Origin: an uncultured Bacteroidota bacterium
GTDB taxonomy: Bacteria; Bacteroidota; Bacteroidia; Flavobacteriales; Flavobacteriaceae
Length of the DNA stretch: 64,000 bases
Assembly: GCA_903861155.1 (NCBI GenBank)
Contig: CAIOTL010000063.1
Location: 2,536-66,535 of the forward strand
Reading direction: 5' to 3'
Shown here piece by piece: positions 55,664-64,000 of the stretch (the stretch's first letter is position 1; each line of letters opens with the position of its first letter). The position numbers and the translations under genes were made by a program. The notes beneath the pieces are model-generated. The model searched no databases and was not told the DNA's origin. It saw only the letters and a program-made list of their open reading frames with translations.

Positions 55664-57997
55664 ATGAGATCTATTCAAACGATTTTATTTTTCGTCTTCC
55701 TTTGTTGCTTTACCTCCATTGCAACAGCACAATATATCAGCATAGATGACACGAAAAGCACCCAACAACTCATCGAAAATGTATTGGTAAACAGTTCTTG
55801 CGCAAACGTTTCGAACTTTATTGCAAACGGTGATACATTTACCGCAGGAAAAAACAGTTATGGCTATTTCAATAATTCAGGAGGCAGTTTTCCTATTGCT
55901 GACGGAGTTGTATTAAGCACCTTGAGCAGTCCCAATTCCGTGGGTCCATTTGTCAGAAATCAAGGAGGGGGAAGTACGTCTTGGTTCGGCGACGCCGATT
56001 TAAATCAAGCATTAGGTATCAATTCTATAAATGCTACTTCGCTAGAATTTGATTTCACGCCATTGACCAATTTCATTAGTTTCAATTATCTATTTGCATC
56101 CAATGAATATCAGGATGAATTTCCTTGCCACTATTCCGATGGATTTGCATTTCTAATTAAAGTAAAAGGGAGTGCCGTAAATTATCAAAACTTGGCCGTG
56201 ATTCCAGGAACCACAATCCCAGTTTCTTCTCAAAATATTCACCCTGCAATCAGTTTTACCAATAATCAAGGAATTGTTACAAATTGTCCTGCAATTAATG
56301 AAAACTATTTTGGAGGTTTCAATACTACTCCCACGAACACCAGCCCCATAAATTATGCAGGACAAACGTTAGTCTTGAATGCCCAAACCTCTGTAGTCGC
56401 TGGAACCACCTACCATATAAAATTGGTGATTGCCGATGATTTAACCGAGTATTATGACTCGGCTATTTTCCTCGAATCGGGAAGTTTTTCTTCGAAAATT
56501 GACTTTGGACAAGATAGATTACTAACAACAAATAACCCGGTTTGTTTTGGAGAAAGCTATGTTATTGATACCAAATTACCAGCAACTTATGCGTATAAAT
56601 GGTTTAAAAATAATGTCGAAATATTGGGAGAAATAAATTCAACCCTTGCTGTTTCTGATACCGGAACTTATAGTGTTGAAGTTACTTTGTCGCCCACAAC
56701 TTGCGTGGCTACTGGAAAAATAAAATTAGAATACACTCCCAAAATTGTATTATCAAACACAACGCTGGCACAATGTGATGACAATAGCGACGGTATATCC
56801 ATTTTTGACTTAACGAAACTGGATAACCTCATAAAACCCAATGACCCGAGTTTAAGCCCAGTCGTGTATTATGAATCTTTGCCGAATGCCCAAGGTCAAA
56901 TCAATCCTATTTTGAATCCCTCAACTTATCAAAACACGCCTGCAAATCCACCTCTTTTTGCGAGAGTTTCCAATTCTTTTGGCTGTGCCAATTATGCGCA
57001 AGTCAACTTGGTCATTGCAAACAATGCCATCGCACCGCAAAAACCTGTCGCAACTTGCGACGGCGATGCAATTCAGGATGGTTTATATCATTTTGATTTA
57101 AATGCGCAAGTAACTCCACAGGTTTTGAATGGATTGCCTGCTGGATTAATCGTCGAATATTACCTGATTCCAGCTGATGCTGTTTCCCAGAAAAATCCCT
57201 TGCCTAATATTTTTGACAATACCACTCCAAACCAACAAACTATTTATGCCCGAATCGTGAATGGCCCAGATTGTTATGGAATAGTTCCGATAACGCTTGT
57301 CGTGAATACATTCGATCCTCCTAATTTTCAGAATGAATCGGCTGGTTTATGCAACGGAAGTTCAACGACTTTAAGCGTTGCTGCAGGTTTTTCAAGTTAT
57401 TTATGGAATACTGGAAGTACTTTAAATTTGATTATCGCAACAACTCCAGGAAATTATTCTGTACTTGTAACCGACGCTAATGGCTGTACTAAAACCAAAA
57501 AATTCACTGTTACGGCATCCGGAATTGCAACAATTACTGGAGCAATTATCAATGATTTTGCAGGAAATGGGAATTCGGTTTTGATACAATATACCGGAAT
57601 TGGAAACTACGAATTTTCACTAGACGGCACCTATTTTCAAGACAATCCATTATTTACGGGGATTTCAGCCGGAACTTATTTTGCTTATGCCAAAGACAAA
57701 AATGGTTGCGGATTATCGAATCCTTATGTGATTTATGTTTTAGATTATCCTCATTATTTTACGCCAAATGGTGATGGTTACAATGATGTTTGGGAAATTA
57801 AAAACCTTAATTTATTTCCAAAAGCAACAGTAGCAATTTTTGACCGCTACGGCAAATTATTAAAACAACTCAGTGCGACAAATCCCAGCTGGAACGGCAC
57901 ATATATTGGAAATGAATTACCCGCAACCGATTACTGGTTTAATTTAAACTTTGGCGACGGTAGAATAATAAAAGGTCATTTTTCACTAAAAAGATAG
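55664..57997 (+). CDS. T9SS type-B CTD secreted protein with choice-of-anchor-L-like N-terminal domain
   Basis: Signal peptide; [20 protein letters not shown]; C-terminal [31 protein letters not shown]. Confidence 0.88.
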   Translation: MRSIQTILFFVFLCCFTSIATAQYISIDDTKSTQQLIENVLVNSSCANVSNFIANGDTFTAGKNSYGYFNNSGGSFPIADGVVLSTLSSPNSVGPFVRNQGGGSTSWFGDADLNQALGINSINATSLEFDFTPLTNFISFNYLFASNEYQDEFPCHYSDGFAFLIKVKGSAVNYQNLAVIPGTTIPVSSQNIHPAISFTNNQGIVTNCPAINENYFGGFNTTPTNTSPINYAGQTLVLNAQTSVVAGTTYHIKLVIADDLTEYYDSAIFLESGSFSSKIDFGQDRLLTTNNPVCFGESYVIDTKLPATYAYKWFKNNVEILGEINSTLAVSDTGTYSVEVTLSPTTCVATGKIKLEYTPKIVLSNTTLAQCDDNSDGISIFDLTKLDNLIKPNDPSLSPVVYYESLPNAQGQINPILNPSTYQNTPANPPLFARVSNSFGCANYAQVNLVIANNAIAPQKPVATCDGDAIQDGLYHFDLNAQVTPQVLNGLPAGLIVEYYLIPADAVSQKNPLPNIFDNTTPNQQTIYARIVNGPDCYGIVPITLVVNTFDPPNFQNESAGLCNGSSTTLSVAAGFSSYLWNTGSTLNLIIATTPGNYSVLVTDANGCTKTKKFTVTASGIATITGAIINDFAGNGNSVLIQYTGIGNYEFSLDGTYFQDNPLFTGISAGTYFAYAKDKNGCGLSNPYVIYVLDYPHYFTPNGDGYNDVWEIKNLNLFPKATVAIFDRYGKLLKQLSATNPSWNGTYIGNELPATDYWFNLNFGDGRIIKGHFSLKR

Positions 57998-58020
57998 TCT
58001 ATATTTATTATTTTTATCGA

Positions 58021-61000
58021 ATGAAAAAAGCAGTTTTCTTTTTCTTGTTTTTCTTGTCCATAAATTGTTTCGCGCAGTTTAGCAAAACACATTATATACC
58101 GCCGTTAACCGCACAAACCAACTTGGCGGAAGACCAATATATCTATATTTCAACTCCAAGCGTTACAAATGTCAATTTCAAAATTATTGAAATTGGCGGA
58201 AACGTCATAACGGGTGTGGCAAGCAATAGCAATCCTTATGTGTATTATATTGGAAATGGAGATAATACTCAATTAATCACACCAAAAACCAGCATTGGTA
58301 TAGTACAAAACAAGGGTTATCTAATTGAAGCCTACGATTTGATCTATGTGAGCGTTAGAGTTACAGCGCAAAAAAACATTCAAAAAGGCACTATTTCTTA
58401 TGCACACGCTGGAGGAATTGTATCTAAAGGAAATAGCGCACTTGGAAAAGAATTTAGACTTGGCGCAATGCTGAATCCTCTTTTTGATCCTTCATTGTTG
58501 AATTTTGCTTCAATCTTGTCAACGGAAAACGACACAAAAGTTACTATTTCAAATATTCCCATTGGCACAAAACTTTCAAATGGATTCATTTTTAATGGAC
58601 CAATAACTATTACCTTAAACAAAAACGAAAGTTATGTTTTGGCTTTAGAAAACATTGATACTAATACTCCTTCAAACAGTTCTAAGATGATTGGTGCCTT
58701 GGTTGAAACTGATAAACCGGTGGTCGTAAATTCGGGTTCGTTTGGCGGAAGCAATAGCTCGATTTTACTACCAGACCCAAATGGAAATTTAGCTCCCATT
58801 GGAAGAGATATAGGTTTTGACCAAATAGTTTCTTCCGAAAAAACAGGTAAAGAATATATTTTTGTAAAAGGTATTGGAACTGATGAATTAGAACGTGTTT
58901 TATTGATTGCAAATGCAGATAATACCCAGGTTTTCATAAACGGCACGACTCTTTTTGCAACCATTAATAAAGGACAATATGCCGATATTGACGGTAGTAA
59001 TTTTACCAATGGTAATTTATATGTCACTACCACCGAAAACGTATTTGCTTATCAAAGTATTGGCGGTTCCGATTCTCCAGCCAATCAAAATATGTTTTTC
59101 GTTCCGCCACTCAATTGTGCCACTCCAAATGTTGTAGACAACATTCCAGATATTGAATCTATTGGGAATATAACCTATAATGGCAGTTTGAACATTGTGA
59201 CCGAAACGAGTGCAACGGTTTCGATAAATAATATTCCAGTTGCATCAACTCCAGTTCCAATAACAGGAAATCCAAATTTTGTTCGATACACCATCAACAA
59301 TTTATCGGGCAACATTGCCATAAAATCGACTAAACAGGTCTATGTTTCCTACTTTGGAACCAATGTAAATGCCACTTATGGCGGCTATTATTCGGGATTT
59401 GACACGAAACCCGAAATTGCAACTGGTAAAATTTCGGTTGCCAATTCGTCTTGTATTCCTAACGTGGTTTTGAAAGTTAGTTCAATTTCGGCTTACGATA
59501 CTTTTGAATGGTTTTTTAACGATGTTGCTATTCCTAATTCGAACACCAATTCTTATAAACCAACTCAACCAGGATATTATCAGGTAAAAGGCAGTATTAC
59601 AAATTGCAGTTCCATTCTTTCTGACAAAATACCCGTTAGCAGTTGCCCTACTGACGTAGATAATGACAATGTCGTCGACGATATTGACATAGACAATGAC
59701 AATGATGGCATCACGAACTGCATGGAATCCTACGGCAATCAAGACATCAATATTTTGAATCCAAATATCGGAAATTTAACTGTTGGAAATTATTCCAATT
59801 CATTTACCGGAACAATTACAACCGCCGGTCTAGGATTGCCAGCTGGAACATTCTCGGGAAGTGCCAATGGAAGTTTTGTTAGCGAAGTACCAGCAGGAAT
59901 TGGAAATTCGACTACTTATTCTATGATTTTTGCCCAACCCATAACTTTGGGACTTGAATACGGCACTACCGCAAATTCGACCGATTTATTGAATTCCGAT
60001 GCCGAATATATCGTGAATTCTGACATAAATAAAACCATAACCGTTCTCAATCCCGACAATCAATTATTAATTGACACCAATTATGACGGCATTTACGAAA
60101 GCGGAATAACCCAATTTTCTTCCTTCGAAATACGATTCAAATTAAATAATGCTGTTCCTTTAGCGGCTGGAACGGGAACCTTCAAATTTTTAACTTATTT
60201 GACGAAATCTATCCGTTTCACCCATATCAATCAGTCCGACTCCAATGCGAATAAATCGACATTAAAGTTGTTTGCCGTTTGCGTTCCAAAAGATTCCGAC
60301 GGTGACGGAATTCCCGACCAATTGGATTTAGACAGTGACAATGACGGAATTCCTGATAATATCGAAGCCCAAGGCAAAAATTTCATAGCATATTCAAATG
60401 TAGATGCCAATGCTGACGGCTTGTCTGATGTTTATGGAACAGGAATTATTCCTGTGGATTCCGATGGCGACAGCGTTCCGGATTATTTGGATTTAGACAG
60501 TGACAATGACGGAATTTACGATTTGGTCGAATCAGGAAGTAAGGCCATGGATGCAAATTTGGATGGAATTATAGATGGAAATCCGACAAGTTTTGGAACA
60601 AATGGGCTTTCAAATTCAGTAGAAACTACCGCGGATTCTGGAATTCTAAACTATACAATTGCCGATACGGATGGCGATGGAATCAAAAATTATCTTGATC
60701 TTGACAGCGACAATGATGGATGTTATGATGTCACCGAAGCCGGTTTTTTAGATTCTAATGGAGATGGACTTCTCGGGGGAATTGCACCGCCAACAGTCGA
60801 TCCAAACGGAATTGTAACGAGCGGAATTGGCTACACGATTCCAAATCCAAATTATTTAATGGCTGCACCAATAGTAATTACGACACAACCCTTAGCTTCG
60901 CCAACTTGCGAATTTCAGAACACCACAATAACTTTAGTTGATAATATCGGAAATACCTATCAATGGCAGGTTTCAACCGATGGAATTAGCTGGAATAACA

Positions 61001-62514
61001 TAATAAATAATGCTACTTATTCTGGAGCCACGACAAAAACTTTAGCCATAACAAGCGTTTCTAATGCAATGAGCGTCAATAAATATCGTGTTCAATTGAG
61101 CAAAATAGGAAACTCTTGCGGTTTAGTTTCGGCTGAAACTACATTGACCATTTATGCCCTTCCAATTGTAAAAAACACGACGATAATTCAATGCGACGAC
61201 AACACGGATGGCGTTTCAACCTTTAATTTAACGGTAAAAAACGATGCGCTTTCGAGTGGTTTTGCCAATGAAACTTTTACTTATTACACTTCTTTGTCTG
61301 GGGCTAATGCCGCAAATTCAGCGGAATTAATCCCAAATCCGTTGGCTTTTGTAAATACGATTCCTTTCACAATGCCAGTTTGGGCAAGAGTTGTGGATTT
61401 CAACGGATGTTTCAGTGTGGCAAAATTAGATTTATTTGTTTCAGTTACACAAATCAATCCGGCAACTTTTCATAGGAATTTTGGCGTTTGCGACGATCCG
61501 AATCCGAGTGACACCGATGGTTTTTCTGAATTTGATTTTCATTCGGTAACTGCCGATATTCAAAGTATTCTACCACAACCAAGTTCAAATTATACCATAA
61601 AATATTACGCTGACCAAACCGATGCTTTATCAGAAATTAATGAAATAACCAATCTTTTTAATTATAGAAATACAATCCCAAACAAACAGGATATTTGGGT
61701 TCGAATCGACAGCAATCTAGATAATGCCTGTTTTGGACTTGGTCCCTTTGTAACGTTGACGGTTGATCCGTTGCCGAATATCAATTTGAATTCAAACGGA
61801 AGTGAAAACCAATTTGTGTGCGATAATCTTCCAAACCTTTTTGTGAAACTCGATGCCGGTATTCAAGATGGCTCATCGACCAATAATTACACCTATGTCT
61901 GGACAAAAGATGGAATGCTTATACCAAAAACAACTCCGACAATAGATGTAAATGTTACTGGAATTTATACAGTCGAAGTAATCTCACTCGCAGGTTGCAG
62001 TAGAATTCGAACTATAAAAGTCGTCGCTTCGGACGTGGCACATATCGAAAACATTGCCGTTGTTGATTTGACCGATGTAAATACGGTAACGGTAAATGTA
62101 ACTGGAATCGGGAATTATGTTTATAGTTTAGATGATGAAAATGGATTGTACCAAGAATCTAATTTTTTCAACGATGTTCCTTACGGAATTCACGAAGTCT
62201 TTATTAGCGATAAAAATGGATGTGGAATAGCCCACCAACCCATTGCCGTGATTGGTGTTCCAAAATTTTTCACCCCGAACAATGATGGATTCAACGATTA
62301 TTGGAATATAAAAGGAGTGAATGCCAATTTCAACTCCAAGACCGTAATTTACATTTTTGACCGGTACGGAAAACTCCTCAAACAATTGCTGCCTTCATGC
62401 CAAGGTTGGGACGGAACTTTCAACGGAACTCCATCACCTTCGGACGATTATTGGTACACCGCTAAGTTTGAAGATGGCCGGGAAGCGAAAGGTCATTTTA
62501 GCTTGAAACGGTAA
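58021..62514 (+). CDS. Large T9SS type-B CTD secreted protein with IgGFc-binding-like N-terminus, DxDxDG Ca-binding repeats and Ig-like domains
   Basis: Signal peptide; repeated [16 protein letters not shown]; C-terminal [29 protein letters not shown]. Confidence 0.88.
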   Translation: MKKAVFFFLFFLSINCFAQFSKTHYIPPLTAQTNLAEDQYIYISTPSVTNVNFKIIEIGGNVITGVASNSNPYVYYIGNGDNTQLITPKTSIGIVQNKGYLIEAYDLIYVSVRVTAQKNIQKGTISYAHAGGIVSKGNSALGKEFRLGAMLNPLFDPSLLNFASILSTENDTKVTISNIPIGTKLSNGFIFNGPITITLNKNESYVLALENIDTNTPSNSSKMIGALVETDKPVVVNSGSFGGSNSSILLPDPNGNLAPIGRDIGFDQIVSSEKTGKEYIFVKGIGTDELERVLLIANADNTQVFINGTTLFATINKGQYADIDGSNFTNGNLYVTTTENVFAYQSIGGSDSPANQNMFFVPPLNCATPNVVDNIPDIESIGNITYNGSLNIVTETSATVSINNIPVASTPVPITGNPNFVRYTINNLSGNIAIKSTKQVYVSYFGTNVNATYGGYYSGFDTKPEIATGKISVANSSCIPNVVLKVSSISAYDTFEWFFNDVAIPNSNTNSYKPTQPGYYQVKGSITNCSSILSDKIPVSSCPTDVDNDNVVDDIDIDNDNDGITNCMESYGNQDINILNPNIGNLTVGNYSNSFTGTITTAGLGLPAGTFSGSANGSFVSEVPAGIGNSTTYSMIFAQPITLGLEYGTTANSTDLLNSDAEYIVNSDINKTITVLNPDNQLLIDTNYDGIYESGITQFSSFEIRFKLNNAVPLAAGTGTFKFLTYLTKSIRFTHINQSDSNANKSTLKLFAVCVPKDSDGDGIPDQLDLDSDNDGIPDNIEAQGKNFIAYSNVDANADGLSDVYGTGIIPVDSDGDSVPDYLDLDSDNDGIYDLVESGSKAMDANLDGIIDGNPTSFGTNGLSNSVETTADSGILNYTIADTDGDGIKNYLDLDSDNDGCYDVTEAGFLDSNGDGLLGGIAPPTVDPNGIVTSGIGYTIPNPNYLMAAPIVITTQPLASPTCEFQNTTITLVDNIGNTYQWQVSTDGISWNNIINNATYSGATTKTLAITSVSNAMSVNKYRVQLSKIGNSCGLVSAETTLTIYALPIVKNTTIIQCDDNTDGVSTFNLTVKNDALSSGFANETFTYYTSLSGANAANSAELIPNPLAFVNTIPFTMPVWARVVDFNGCFSVAKLDLFVSVTQINPATFHRNFGVCDDPNPSDTDGFSEFDFHSVTADIQSILPQPSSNYTIKYYADQTDALSEINEITNLFNYRNTIPNKQDIWVRIDSNLDNACFGLGPFVTLTVDPLPNINLNSNGSENQFVCDNLPNLFVKLDAGIQDGSSTNNYTYVWTKDGMLIPKTTPTIDVNVTGIYTVEVISLAGCSRIRTIKVVASDVAHIENIAVVDLTDVNTVTVNVTGIGNYVYSLDDENGLYQESNFFNDVPYGIHEVFISDKNGCGIAHQPIAVIGVPKFFTPNNDGFNDYWNIKGVNANFNSKTVIYIFDRYGKLLKQLLPSCQGWDGTFNGTPSPSDDYWYTAKFEDGREAKGHFSLKR

Positions 62515-62546
62515 TTTCAAATAATTTTTCGAAAATAAAAAGCATA

Positions 62547-62577
62547 AAAAAAGCCATTCTTTCGAACGGCTTTTTTT
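62547..62577. terminator. Bidirectional terminator between the T9SS gene and typA
   Basis: A run, GCCATTC-TTTC-GAACGGC, T run. Confidence 0.75.
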
Positions 62578-62592
62578 CGGTAAATTATAGAA

Positions 62593-64000
62593 TTAGATTT
62601 TAAATCTTTTTCTATCTGTTTCAGTCAAATATATTTTTCTTAAACGAATACTTTTTGGTGTAACCTCAACATATTCATCTTTTTGAATGTACTCTAAAGC
62701 TTCTTCCAATGAAAAAATAATAGGAGGAATAATCCTTGCTTTTTCATCATTTCCAGAGGAACGAACATTAGATTGTTTCTTCATTTTAGTCACGTTCACA
62801 CACATATCATCGCTACGAGAGTTTTCTCCAATTACTTGACCTTCGTAAATTTCATCATTAGGACTAACGAAGAATTTACCACGATCTTGTAATTTATCAA
62901 TTGAATAAGGGATTGCTTTTCCATTTTCCATAGAAATCAATGAACCGTTGTTACGTCCTGGAATTTCTCCTTTGAAAGGCTCATATCCTATGAAACGGTG
63001 TGACATGATAGCCTCACCAGCGGTAGCAGTAAGCAATTGATTACGCAATCCAATAATTCCACGAGATGGAATATTGAATTTGATAATCATGCGTTCTCCT
63101 TTACCTTCCATACTCAACATTTCTCCTTTACGGATAGAAACAAACTCTACAGCTCTACCAGAAAGACTTTCAGGTAAATCGATGGTTAATTCCTCAATTG
63201 GCTCACATTTTTTACCATCAATTTCTTTGATGATAACTTGTGGCTGACCAATCTGTAACTCATAACCTTCTCTTCTCATCGTTTCGATAAGAACAGACAA
63301 GTGCAATACACCACGACCAAAAACCATGAATTTATCAGCAGAATCAGTTTCACCTAACTTCATCGCTAAGTTTTTCTCTAATTCTTTATTTAAACGGTCT
63401 CTAATATGACGAGAAGTTACAAATTTACCCTCTTTACCAAAGAAAGGAGAGTCATTAATGGTGAACAACATACTCATTGTAGGTTCATCAATAGCAATAG
63501 TTTGCAAAGCCTCTGGATTATCAAAACAAGCGATAGTATCACCAATTTCGAAACCTTCAACTCCAATAATTGCACAAATATCTCCAGCAATTACTTCTTG
63601 CACTTTTTTACGACCAAGACCTTCAAAAGTGTGTAATTCCTTAATTCTTGATTTCATTATTTTTCCATCTCTTTTCACTAAAGAAATCGGCATTCCTTCT
63701 TTTAAAACTCCTCTTTCAAGACGCCCAATAGCAATACGACCTGTAAAGGCTGAGAAATCTAAAGACGTAATCAACATTTGTGGCGTTCCTTCAGAAACTT
63801 TTGGAGCTGGAACGTGAGTCAATACCATATCCAATAAAGGTTCGATATTTTCAGTAATCACATTAAAATCATCCGACATCCAGTTATTTTTAGCAGAACC
63901 ATAAACAGTTGGAAAATCCAATTGCCATTCTTCTGCACCTAATTCATACATTAAATCGAAAACTTTTTCGTGAACTTCTTCGGGAGTACAATTTTCTTTA
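62593..64000 (-). CDS. typA: Translational GTPase TypA/BipA, 5' end outside the window
   Basis: GRGVLHL.VLIETMRREGYE, CEPIE, SRGIIG, NVTK.KK..NVRSSG.DE, LEEALEYI..DE.VEVTP; frame is open to the window edge. Confidence 0.97.
   Translation of the reverse strand, partial: KENCTPEEVHEKVFDLMYELGAEEWQLDFPTVYGSAKNNWMSDDFNVITENIEPLLDMVLTHVPAPKVSEGTPQMLITSLDFSAFTGRIAIGRLERGVLKEGMPISLVKRDGKIMKSRIKELHTFEGLGRKKVQEVIAGDICAIIGVEGFEIGDTIACFDNPEALQTIAIDEPTMSMLFTINDSPFFGKEGKFVTSRHIRDRLNKELEKNLAMKLGETDSADKFMVFGRGVLHLSVLIETMRREGYELQIGQPQVIIKEIDGKKCEPIEELTIDLPESLSGRAVEFVSIRKGEMLSMEGKGERMIIKFNIPSRGIIGLRNQLLTATAGEAIMSHRFIGYEPFKGEIPGRNNGSLISMENGKAIPYSIDKLQDRGKFFVSPNDEIYEGQVIGENSRSDDMCVNVTKMKKQSNVRSSGNDEKARIIPPIIFSLEEALEYIQKDEYVEVTPKSIRLRKIYLTETDRKRFKI

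Noticed and set aside
60290-60730. Recurrent ~30-nt repeats resembling a CRISPR array
   Set aside because: They are in-frame codons for DxDxDG motifs inside the T9SS protein, irregularly spaced, with no cas genes
1-64000. tRNA, rRNA, riboswitch, CRISPR or integrase/transposase genes
   Set aside because: None recognised by eye and intergenic gaps are short; an Infernal/tRNAscan run would be needed to exclude small RNAs

Overview
AT-rich chromosomal window from a Bacteroidota organism. Gene content, TAnnTTTG (-7) promoter boxes and the lack of Shine-Dalgarno motifs point to Flavobacterium or a close relative. No database search was run, so family names come from motif recognition. The backbone is housekeeping: NUDIX/pyrE, birA, rsfS, ftsH, cdsA-psd, aroE, mazG, def, ruvX, dapD, tsaC, CCA enzyme, heme A synthase and typA. 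It also holds a complete cbb3-type oxidase locus (hemN, ccoNO-Q-P-G-H-I-S, a Crp/Fnr regulator), an LPS/glycan glycosyltransferase cluster and two large T9SS type-B CTD surface proteins. Apparent accessory blocks are a four-gene ABC/MFP/permease/TolC exporter (15.5-19.8 kb) and a mixed region at 46-54 kb. I found no tRNA, rRNA, CRISPR array, transposase or integrase. Best leads: (1) an orphan protein with PI3K/HipA-like atypical kinase motifs, next to a small Cys/His protein and an uncharacterised pRiA4b-ORF3/nucleoid-associated pair; (2) a three-site FNR-like palindrome regulon (ATGAY-AATT-RTCAT) at near-identical class II spacing; (3) a CcoP with an internally duplicated heme c domain; (4) a DevBCA-like TolC exporter with no visible cargo and an A11 tract in tolC; (5) period-7 repeat arrays in intergenic spacers.
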